This document shows, piece by piece, positions 56,572 through 64,000 of a DNA stretch of 64,000 nt. The position numbers and the translations under genes are program-made. Every line of letters begins with the position of its first letter. Position 1 is the stretch's first letter. A model generated the notes under the pieces. The model was not told where the DNA came from, did not search any database, and worked only from the letters and a program-made list of their open reading frames with translations. The stretch comes from Gemmatimonadota bacterium (lineage in GTDB: Bacteria; Gemmatimonadota; Gemmatimonadetes; Gemmatimonadales; Gemmatimonadaceae). The DNA lies in NCBI GenBank assembly GCA_016182795.1, contig JACPFW010000026.1, positions 11,905 to 75,904 of the forward strand, read 5' to 3'.

Positions 56572-59500
56572 GGGCGGGGGTAGATGAGGCGCGGCGTGTC
56601 GTCGGCGACAATAACGCCGCCGGGAAGGGCGCGCACGTACGAGATGAGCGCGTCGAGGTCCTGCACGTTCAACGGCTCCACACGCTTGGCGGCGTCACCC
56701 AAGCCAAGGCCGTCGCCGCCAGTGAGCATGAAGTCGCTGAGCACGAGCGTGTAGTCACGCGCGTCGTCGAGCGGCTGGCCGTTGGGCAGGCGCGCATCGG
56801 TGAGGCGCTGTCCGGCCGGCTTGGTGTTGTCCCAGGTCAGCGTGATGCCACTCACGTGCACGCGCGGCGCGCGCTGACCGTTGTACATCCTCTCGAAGTA
56901 CGCGCGCAGGGCGCCGCCGCCGGCCGTCACGCGATACAGCACATTGCCGAACGGCTGCACTTCGAACAAGGCGCTGTACGTCACGGTGCCCGCCTGCAGG
57001 TTGGCGCGAATGCCGCCGTTGTTCATCACGGCGAAATCGGCGCGCCCCGCGGCGCGCTGCGCATCGGCGATCAGGTGGCCCAGCGCATATTCCTCGCCGC
57101 GGCGAAGCAATGGCGCCGGCAGCTCGGCGACATGCTGGTTGACGCGCGCCGCGACCGAAGCCGTGGCGTCGCGCACGAGCGCGGCAACCTCTGGATCAGC
57201 CGCCAGGGTGTCGCTGCCCACGTCGCGCACCGTCCCGTGGGCACGACCCGAGACCGTACCGTCGGCGCCGAGGGGAAGGTCGAGCACGGCGATGGCGCGT
57301 CCGCTCGACCGCGCCTGCACCACCGGAATGCCGTTCACCTCGGTGTTGAGCATCGAGTGCGTGTGGCCGCTGACGAGCGCATCCACCTTCTCGGTAACGC
57401 CCTGCGCCATCGAAAACACTTCGCCGTTGCAGGCGGGAGCCGCGCCGCGGGTGTCGCAGAATCCGCCGTCGTGCGCCGTGACGATAATCACCGTCGCGCC
57501 GCGGGCGCGAAGAGCGCGGGCACGCGCGTTGATGACGGGCGCCGGCGGCGCGAACCGGAGGTTGGCGACGTTCGACGCCATCGTCACGCGCGGCGTCAGC
57601 GGCGACGCAACACCGATGATGCCAATGCGCACCCCGCCGCGTTCGACGATCGTGTCGGCGCGCACCCACGGCACCGGGCGGCCGTTCACGTCGGTGACGT
57701 TGGCGCCAAGCACCGCGTGATGCAGATCCTTCATCCGGGCGCGCAGGGTGTCCTGCCACCAGTCAAAATCGTGGTTGCCGAGGGCGCCGGCGGCAAAGTC
57801 GAGCGCGTTGTAGAACCTCGTCACCGGCCGACCGAAGGCGAGGTTCGACGCGGCCGTGCCCTGGAACATGTCGCCGCCGTCGATGAGCACAGTCACGCAG
57901 CTCACGCCGCATTCCGCCTGCGCGCGGCGAATGGCGGTGGCCACAAACGCGGCGCCGCCGCGGTTGCCCTGATTGCCGTCGGGACGCGGCTCGAGCGCAC
58001 CGTGGAAGTCGTTGATGCTGATGATGCGCAGGGTGGTCGGGTGTGCCGACGTTGGGGCGGCATTCCGCGGCGCCGGCGCCGCGGCCGGTCCACGACCGCC
58101 CGTGCTGTGCAGCACGCGATAGGCGGCCGCCGCGTAGGCGGCCGGCTCGATGCGCCAGTGACGGTCCGTGAAGTCGTGCGAGGTAATTGACTTTCGCCGC
58201 TCGACGTCGGCGATCAGCAGGTCGCGGATCTCCACCTGCGTGTCGCGCAGAACGCGCGCGCCGCGGAGCATCGGGTACCCGCCGCCACCGGCCGCCCGGT
58301 AGTTGTTCACGGCGAGCGTGAAGGAGTCGGTGGGCGATACCGCGCGCCCCTTCACGCGCAGGGTAGTGATGCGATCGCCCATCGGCCGCGACAGGTCGAT
58401 CACGTACTCCGCGCCGCCAATGATGTCGAAGTTGTAGCCGGGGATGTTGGGATCGGTGGTCACCACCGGCTCCGCCCCGGGCCGCACCACGAAATAGCGG
58501 GCGCTCTGCTCGAGGTAGGCGCGCAGTGCGGCGCCGCTGAGCTTCACCATCTGCAGCGTGTTCTCGTACGGATACAGCCGCGCGAGCTGCGCGACGGTGA
58601 TCTTGTCGGGGCCGAGCGTGGCGCCGAGGTCGAAGGCGGCCGTGGACGCGAGATCGGCGCCGACAGCGCGGCGCTCGACATCGAGGATCCAGTCGACGAT
58701 TGGCGTGTCGTGCGTGCGCGCCGAGTCGGAGCGCCACCGCGCATTCGTGGTGCCGATCGCGCGGCTGGTCTCGCGCCGCGCGGCGTCGTGTGCCGCGGCA
58801 ACCGTTTGTTCAACGGCCGGCGACTCTGCGTGGCTGCGGGCGCGAATCAGCTGGCCGCGCTTCTCGATGACGCTCCAGTTCGCGCCGCGATTCTGCAGCC
58901 GGATGGTCGCCACGCCCAGACTGCCGGCCCACTGCCGCGGCTGCATCAGCATCACGCCGTTGATCGTCGTGTCCGCGACTTCGCGATGCGAGTGGCCGAA
59001 GATGATGAGATCGATGCCTGGCACCTGCCGCGCGACATCGGCCGCCACGTTCTCGCCGCCGGCGCCGGTGGTGTCGTAGCTGCTGGCGCCGTCGAGCCCG
59101 GCGTGCACGATGGCGACGACGAGTTCAGCTCCCGCGGCGCGCGCCGAATCGACAGCGACGCGCATGGCTGGGATGATGTCGGAAACGACGAGTCGCCCGC
59201 GCAGATTCGCGCGGTCCCAGGTGTTGGCGCCCGGATTGGTGACGCCGACAATGCCGACCTTTACGCCCGCGCGCTCGAGCAGCGTGAACGCCGGGAAGGC
59301 GCGTGATCCGTCGGGGCGCCGGGCGTTGGCAGCCAGGAACGGAAAGTGGGCCTGCGCGACCGAGCGCTCGAGAAACGGCAGACCGTAGTTGAACTCGTGG
59401 TTGCCGACGGCGGCCGCGTCGTACTGCATCGCGTTCATGGCGGCCATCACCGGATGCGGCGACGCCGGATTGCGCGACGCCACAAAGGTCATTGGATTGC

Positions 59501-59762
59501 CCTGCAGCAGGTCGCCGCCGTCGAGCAGGATGACGCGGCCCGGATTGGCGCGGCGCAGGGAGTCGACGGCGGTGGCGAGGCGCGCCAGACCGCGCGTGGT
59601 CTCCGCCGTGTCGGCGAAGTAGTCCCACCCGCGCAGGCGGCCGTGCACATCGGTGGTCGCCGCGACGACGAGATCCACCGGGATACCCTGCGCCCGGACG
59701 GGCGACGGGGCGGCGATGAGGACGGCGCCCGCAAGGAGCGCCGTGCGAAGCGATGGCAACAT
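56568..59762 (-). CDS. Secreted tandem (duplicated) metallophosphatase/5'-nucleotidase, UshA/CpdB family
   Basis: A signal peptide is followed by two complete modules. Module 1 has TTDVHG...DGGDLLQGNP...GNHEFNYG. Module 2 has INDFHG...DGGDMFQG...GNHDFD. Each module is followed by a 5'-nucleotidase C-terminal-like domain. Total length is 1064 aa. Confidence 0.85.
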   Translation of the reverse strand: MLPSLRTALLAGAVLIAAPSPVRAQGIPVDLVVAATTDVHGRLRGWDYFADTAETTRGLARLATAVDSLRRANPGRVILLDGGDLLQGNPMTFVASRNPASPHPVMAAMNAMQYDAAAVGNHEFNYGLPFLERSVAQAHFPFLAANARRPDGSRAFPAFTLLERAGVKVGIVGVTNPGANTWDRANLRGRLVVSDIIPAMRVAVDSARAAGAELVVAIVHAGLDGASSYDTTGAGGENVAADVARQVPGIDLIIFGHSHREVADTTINGVMLMQPRQWAGSLGVATIRLQNRGANWSVIEKRGQLIRARSHAESPAVEQTVAAAHDAARRETSRAIGTTNARWRSDSARTHDTPIVDWILDVERRAVGADLASTAAFDLGATLGPDKITVAQLARLYPYENTLQMVKLSGAALRAYLEQSARYFVVRPGAEPVVTTDPNIPGYNFDIIGGAEYVIDLSRPMGDRITTLRVKGRAVSPTDSFTLAVNNYRAAGGGGYPMLRGARVLRDTQVEIRDLLIADVERRKSITSHDFTDRHWRIEPAAYAAAAYRVLHSTGGRGPAAAPAPRNAAPTSAHPTTLRIISINDFHGALEPRPDGNQGNRGGAAFVATAIRRAQAECGVSCVTVLIDGGDMFQGTAASNLAFGRPVTRFYNALDFAAGALGNHDFDWWQDTLRARMKDLHHAVLGANVTDVNGRPVPWVRADTIVERGGVRIGIIGVASPLTPRVTMASNVANLRFAPPAPVINARARALRARGATVIIVTAHDGGFCDTRGAAPACNGEVFSMAQGVTEKVDALVSGHTHSMLNTEVNGIPVVQARSSGRAIAVLDLPLGADGTVSGRAHGTVRDVGSDTLAADPEVAALVRDATASVAARVNQHVAELPAPLLRRGEEYALGHLIADAQRAAGRADFAVMNNGGIRANLQAGTVTYSALFEVQPFGNVLYRVTAGGGALRAYFERMYNGQRAPRVHVSGITLTWDNTKPAGQRLTDARLPNGQPLDDARDYTLVLSDFMLTGGDGLGLGDAAKRVEPLNVQDLDALISYVRALPGGVIVADDTPRLIYPRP

Positions 59763-59913
59763 GGAAGAAAACTATAGAGTCGGCGCCACCGTGGGGAGCT
59801 ATGCCGGTTGGCCGGCCCCTGCGGTTTCCGATACAATTCTGTGACTGACCCGCCACTTACGGTCTGGCGGCCACGCGGACATCCTGCACCCATCGCCCCG
59901 ACATCTCTCCTTT

Positions 59914-60537
59914 ATGAAGCCTCTCATCATCGGCATCGCGGGTGGCACTGGCTCGGGCAAGTCCACCGTCGCCCGGCGCATCGCCGAGGCCATGCCGTCG
60001 TCCGTGGCGTTCATCGACATGGACGCCTATTACCGGAACTTCACGAACCTCACGATCGACGAGCGCCGCAAGGTCAACTGGGACCATCCGGACGCCTTTG
60101 ACCTGGATCTGCTCGTCACGCATCTCGATCAGCTCGGGGCGCGCGTGCCCATCGAGAAGCCGACGTACGACTTCGTGCGCCACCTGCGCTCGGAGGAGAG
60201 CACGCAGATCGCCCCCACCGACGTCATCGTGGTGGACGGCATCTTGCTGTTCGTGGATGAGCGCGTGCGCGAACGCTGCGACGTCAAGGTGTTCGTCGAC
60301 ACCGACGCCGACGAGCGGCTCATCCGCCGCATCCGGCGCGACATGAAGGTGCGCGGCCGGCCGCTGGAGGAGATATTGAACCAGTATCTCACCACCGTGC
60401 AGCCCATGCACCTGCAGTTTGTGGAACCGAGCAAACGGTATGCCGACCTCGTGATTCCGCGCGGCGGCCACAACACCGTCGCCATCGACCTGATCATCGC
60501 AACGATTCTTCGCCGCCTGCAGGAGCAGCCGACGTGA
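59914..60537 (+). CDS. udk: Uridine kinase
   Basis: IGIAGGTGSGKST...NWDHPDAFD...VDGIL...VFVDTDADERLIRRIRRD...GR....QY...V.P. Confidence 0.92.
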   Translation: MKPLIIGIAGGTGSGKSTVARRIAEAMPSSVAFIDMDAYYRNFTNLTIDERRKVNWDHPDAFDLDLLVTHLDQLGARVPIEKPTYDFVRHLRSEESTQIAPTDVIVVDGILLFVDERVRERCDVKVFVDTDADERLIRRIRRDMKVRGRPLEEILNQYLTTVQPMHLQFVEPSKRYADLVIPRGGHNTVAIDLIIATILRRLQEQPT

Positions 60538-61241
60538 CCGAGGCCAAGCCGAGAGAGCGCATCCTGGTGGTGGACGACGAGCCCGATATCGTGGCGCTCG
60601 TCGTGTACCATCTGGCCAAGGAAGGGTACCGCGTCTCCTCGGCGTCCAATGGCAGCGAGGCACTGGCCACCGCTCGGCGCGACCGCCCGGCGCTCATCGT
60701 GCTCGACCTGATGCTGCCGGGGCTTTCGGGGTTTGAAGTGCTCGAGCAGCTCCGCGCGGACGACTCCACGGCCGGCATCGCCGTGCTGATGCTGACCGCG
60801 CGCAAGGAAGAGCACGACCGCATCGAGGGGCTCTCGCTGGGGGCCGACGACTACCTGACCAAGCCGTTCAGTCCGCAGGAGCTGGTGCTGCGCGTGCGCG
60901 CGATCCTGCGCCGCAGCGCGGCGGCCCCGACGGCGGGTGAGCTGCTGACCATCGGCGCGCTGTCGATTGACCGCGCCGCGCATCAGGTGCGGGTGCAGGG
61001 ACACGACATCGACCTGACCCCGACAGAGTTCAAACTGCTGCTTCTGCTTGCCGAACGGCGCGGGCGGGTGCAGGGGCGCGCGCAGCTACTGGAAAGCGTG
61101 TGGGACGCGGCGCCCGACATTCAGACGCGCACGGTGGACATGCACGTGCAGCGCCTGCGCACCAAGCTCGAGGCGGCGGGCGATCTCATTGAGACGGTGC
61201 GCGGGTTCGGCTACCGGCTCAAGGCGCCGCGCGACAAATGA
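60534..61241 (+). CDS. phoB: OmpR/PhoB-family response regulator (PhoB-like)
   Basis: ILVVDDEPDIV...LDLMLPGLSGFEV...ADDYLTKPFSPQEL, followed by a winged-helix domain (TPTEFKLLLLLAE...VDMHVQRLRTKLE). The PhoR-like kinase and pstS lie directly downstream. Confidence 0.7.
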   Translation: MTEAKPRERILVVDDEPDIVALVVYHLAKEGYRVSSASNGSEALATARRDRPALIVLDLMLPGLSGFEVLEQLRADDSTAGIAVLMLTARKEEHDRIEGLSLGADDYLTKPFSPQELVLRVRAILRRSAAAPTAGELLTIGALSIDRAAHQVRVQGHDIDLTPTEFKLLLLLAERRGRVQGRAQLLESVWDAAPDIQTRTVDMHVQRLRTKLEAAGDLIETVRGFGYRLKAPRDK

Positions 61242-62950
61242 AGCTCGCACACCGACTCCTGCTCGGCGCGCTGGGCGTCGTCGGCGTGCTCGTCGTGCTG
61301 ATGACGATTTCGGTCGACCGCAAACTCGCCCAGCGGTTGACCGCGGAGACGACCGCGCGCCTGACGACTGAGGCGCGACTGGTCGCCGGGCAGTGGACGC
61401 CGGTGGTGGACCCCGACGCGCTGGCGAACCGGCTGGGCCGCGAGTCGGAGCACCGCATCACGCTCATCGATTCAACTGGGCGGGTGATCGGCGATTCGGA
61501 GTTCGACCGCCCCGAACTGGATCAACTGGAGAACCACGCCACCCGGCCCGAGGTGGTCGCCGCGCGCACGGATGGCGTCGGATCGTCGCGCCGGCGCAGC
61601 CCGTCGGCCGGCAACGAGGAACTCTACGTCGCGGTGCGGGCGCCGCTGGGTTTTGCGCGCGTCTCACTCGTGACCACCTCGCTCGATGAGATTGTGAGCG
61701 CCGCACGGCGTGACGTGGCGTTCTCAGGGCTGGTGGCCCTGCTGGCGGCGCTGGCGCTGGCGTGGCTCTTTGCCCGAGGCGTCTCGCAGCCGGTCGTGGA
61801 GCTCAGCGCGGTGGCGCGCGCCCTCGCGGCCGGCGATTTCACGCAGCGCCCGGCGCGCGCGGGTGCCGGCGAAGTGGGCGACCTGGCGGTGGCCGTGAGC
61901 CGGCTCGCCGAGCAGCTGAGCGCGCGCGTCGATGCCCTGCGCGCCGAAGAGACGCTGGTGCGCGAACTCACCGAGGCGCTCAACGAGGGCGTGCTGGCGC
62001 TCGACGCGCGGCAGCAGGTGGTGCGCGTCAACGAGACCGCGCGCACGCTGCTGGCGATTCGCGCCGCGGTGCCGTTCGGCGCGGAGCTGCTGCCGCGCGA
62101 CCGCGGCTTCCGCGATGCCATGGCCGCCGCCCTCGCCGGAGGGACGGTACACGACCTCGCAGTGACGCTTGGAGGCCGCATCCTGAACGTGACGGCGCGC
62201 CCGCTCGATCACGGCGGCGCGGTGCTCGCGTTGCTCGACCTCACCCGACTGCGGCGACTGGAGACGGTGCGCCGTGACTTCGTAGCCAACGTGTCGCACG
62301 AACTCAAGACACCGCTGACCGTCGTCCGCGGTTTCGCCGAAACGCTGGCCGACGACGATCCGCCGGTGGACACGCGCCGTCAGTTTGCCCACAGCATCGC
62401 GACGCACACGCGGCGCATGCAGCGGCTGGTGGACGATCTGCTCGACCTGTCGCGCATCGAATCGGGCGGCTGGGTGCCGGAGCCGCAGGAGGTCGACCTC
62501 GCCGCGGTGGTCGGCGACGACATCAGCGCCGCGCGCGCGACCGCCGACCGCAAGGGGATCCGGCTCGATGTCGTCGTCGCCGCCGATGCCACGACTGTCT
62601 TTGCTGACGCGACCGCCCTGCGCCAGGTGATCGGCAACCTGGTGGAGAACGCCATTCGGCACACCGTCACCGGCGCGGTGACGCTGCGGGCCGCGCGCGA
62701 GGGGCACGGCGTGACCGTCAGCGTCAGCGACACTGGCTGCGGCATCGCCTCGGAGCACCTGCCGCGCATCTTTGAGCGCTTCTATCGCGCCGATCCCGCG
62801 CGCTCGCGCGAGGAAGGCGGCACCGGGCTCGGGCTGTCGATCGTGAAGCATCTGGTGGACGCCCATGGCGGACGCGTCCACGCCGACAGCGCGCTCGGCG
62901 CCGGAACGACCGTCACCGCCTGGTTCCCCGACCGAGCGCCCACCGCATAG
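61238..62950 (+). CDS. phoR: PhoR-like sensor histidine kinase
   Basis: TM/HAMP and PAS-like segments are followed by DFVANVSHELKTPLTVVRGFAETL (the PhoR-type H box) and HATPase (DTGCGIA...GGTGLGLSIVKHLVDAHGG). Confidence 0.7.
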   Translation: MKLAHRLLLGALGVVGVLVVLMTISVDRKLAQRLTAETTARLTTEARLVAGQWTPVVDPDALANRLGRESEHRITLIDSTGRVIGDSEFDRPELDQLENHATRPEVVAARTDGVGSSRRRSPSAGNEELYVAVRAPLGFARVSLVTTSLDEIVSAARRDVAFSGLVALLAALALAWLFARGVSQPVVELSAVARALAAGDFTQRPARAGAGEVGDLAVAVSRLAEQLSARVDALRAEETLVRELTEALNEGVLALDARQQVVRVNETARTLLAIRAAVPFGAELLPRDRGFRDAMAAALAGGTVHDLAVTLGGRILNVTARPLDHGGAVLALLDLTRLRRLETVRRDFVANVSHELKTPLTVVRGFAETLADDDPPVDTRRQFAHSIATHTRRMQRLVDDLLDLSRIESGGWVPEPQEVDLAAVVGDDISAARATADRKGIRLDVVVAADATTVFADATALRQVIGNLVENAIRHTVTGAVTLRAAREGHGVTVSVSDTGCGIASEHLPRIFERFYRADPARSREEGGTGLGLSIVKHLVDAHGGRVHADSALGAGTTVTAWFPDRAPTA

Positions 62951-62963
62951 CGCGGCGCGCGTA

Positions 62964-62987
62964 ATGGGCGGCCCTCAGGCCGCCCAT
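62964..62987 (+). terminator. Hairpin after phoR
   Basis: atgggcggcc-ctca-ggccgcccat, a 10-bp perfect stem 14 nt after the phoR stop. Confidence 0.55.
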
Positions 62988-62989
62988 CG

Positions 62990-63011
62990 TTGTAACACGA
63001 TCGTTACACGG
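62990..63011 (+). promoter_or_regulatory. Candidate Pho box (two 7-nt direct repeats with 11-nt periodicity) upstream of pstS
   Basis: TTGTAAC-acga-TCGTTAC-acgg. GTAACAC and GTTACAC start 11 nt apart. The site is about 100 nt upstream of the pstS GTG. Confidence 0.4.
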
Positions 63012-63107
63012 CCGAGACATGCGCGTGGCCTGCGCGTGGGATTGTTCGTTCGTCGGACGGCCGCACAAGGCGTCCGCTCACCCGACGACACCATCCCGGA
63101 GCTACCT

Positions 63108-64000
63108 GTGCGTCTTCGCACTCTCGCTGCGTTCATTGCCCCCCTGGCCATCGCCACGGCTGCCGACGCCCAGTCGGTGGACCTCACGGGCGCCGGCGCG
63201 ACGTTCCCGTATCCCATCTACTCCAAGTGGTTCTCCGATTATGCCGCGAAGGCCGGCGTTCGGATCAACTATCAGTCGATTGGCTCCGGCGGCGGCATCC
63301 GCCAGCTCTCGGAGCAGACCGTCGACTTTGGCGCGTCGGACGCGCCAATGAGCGACGCGGAACTGGCCAAGGCGAAGGGCGGCAAGGTGCTGCACTTCCC
63401 GATGGTGCTCGGCGCCGTGGTCGTGACCTACAACCTCCCCGGGGTGCCCAAGGCGCTGAAGCTCTCGGGCGTGGTGCTCGGCGACATCTTCCTGGGCAAG
63501 ATCACCAAGTGGAATGACCCGCGCATCGCGGCGCTCAACGCCGGCGTAAAGCTCCCGGCCAAGGACATCCTCGTCGTGCATCGTTCCGACGGCAGCGGCA
63601 CGACGTTCATTTTCACTGACTACCTGACGGCCGCGAGCCCCGCTTGGGCAGCTGGCCCGGGAACCGGCAAGGAAGTGCGCTGGCCGGTTGGGCTCGGCGG
63701 CAAGGGCAACGAGGGCGTTGCCGGCCAGGTGCGGCAGATCGTCGGCTCCATCGGTTACGTGGAACTCGCCTATGCGCGCCAGAACAAGCTCGCGTACGCG
63801 GAGGTGCAGAACTCCACCGGCGCGTTTGTCGCGCCGACGATCGAAGCCATCACCGAGGCCGCGGCCTCGGCGGCCAAGAAGCTGGGCAAGGACACCGATT
63901 ATCGCGTGTCGATCGTGAACGCCGCCGGCAAGAAGGCGTATCCGATCTCGTCGTTCACCTGGCTGCTCGTCTACCAGCGGATGACCGACGCCGCGAAGGC
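63108..64000 (+). CDS. pstS: Phosphate ABC transporter substrate-binding protein, N-terminal about 297 aa; the 3' end lies outside the window
   Basis: GTG 63108 is preceded by GGAG. A signal peptide is followed by LTGAGATFPYPIYSKWF...INYQSIGSGGGI...FGASDAPM...VVHRSDGSGTTFIFT. It is absent from the ORF track because there is no in-window stop. Confidence 0.9.
   Translation, partial: MRLRTLAAFIAPLAIATAADAQSVDLTGAGATFPYPIYSKWFSDYAAKAGVRINYQSIGSGGGIRQLSEQTVDFGASDAPMSDAELAKAKGGKVLHFPMVLGAVVVTYNLPGVPKALKLSGVVLGDIFLGKITKWNDPRIAALNAGVKLPAKDILVVHRSDGSGTTFIFTDYLTAASPAWAAGPGTGKEVRWPVGLGGKGNEGVAGQVRQIVGSIGYVELAYARQNKLAYAEVQNSTGAFVAPTIEAITEAAASAAKKLGKDTDYRVSIVNAAGKKAYPISSFTWLLVYQRMTDAAK

Noticed and set aside
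56223-58190. 655-aa plus-strand ORF
   Set aside because: It is antisense to the add, small-ORF and 5'-nucleotidase operon, and its product has no motifs.
59840-59870. Pho-box-like CTGTGAC-tgac-CCGCCAC in the nucleotidase/udk divergent promoter
   Set aside because: Only the first half-site resembles the pstS-upstream repeat and the second does not. It is too weak to annotate, so it is mentioned only as something to test.

Overview
GC-rich (about two-thirds G+C by eye) chromosomal segment from a diderm bacterium: it encodes outer-membrane beta-barrels, many lipoproteins and a prepilin peptidase. The phylum cannot be fixed from the window; gene content suggests a soil Gemmatimonadota- or Acidobacteriota-like organism. 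I support about 57 protein genes and 2 tRNAs, mostly housekeeping. They include nfo (partial), a ZnuA/ZnuB-like metal uptake pair with a porin, maeB, pckA, a uvrA-family gene, purE, holB-moaC, an MltD-like lytic transglycosylase and several two-component systems. Also present are a disrupted ffh / rpsP-rimM-trmD / rplS-rnhB cluster, lon, a nucleoside and nucleotide salvage operon, and udk-phoB-phoR-pstS (partial). No transposase, integrase, CRISPR array, rRNA or recognisable defence system is visible. The most unusual content is non-coding. Many intergenic gaps are filled edge to edge by low-complexity elements built from tandem 7-13-nt words, either as one-armed arrays or as long imperfect palindromes. 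A separate 117-127-bp G-tract/C-tract palindromic element occurs three times inside the ribosomal-protein cluster. All of these obey one strand rule: the G/purine-rich version follows gene ends and the C/pyrimidine-rich version precedes gene starts. Two copies of the 117-127-bp element supply the last codons and the stop of rnhB and trmD, and two copies bracket a subtilisin-like protease gene lying between trmD and rplS. Secondary observations are an ABC exporter / triple-FHA / PP2C / small ORF / methyltransferase operon with no kinase, a tandem-duplicated 5'-nucleotidase heading a translationally coupled salvage operon next to the Pho genes, a bacterial SET-domain gene, and a 935-aa Ig-like surface lipoprotein with a long leader. 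All functional calls rest on motif recognition by eye in the supplied translations. No database search was run.
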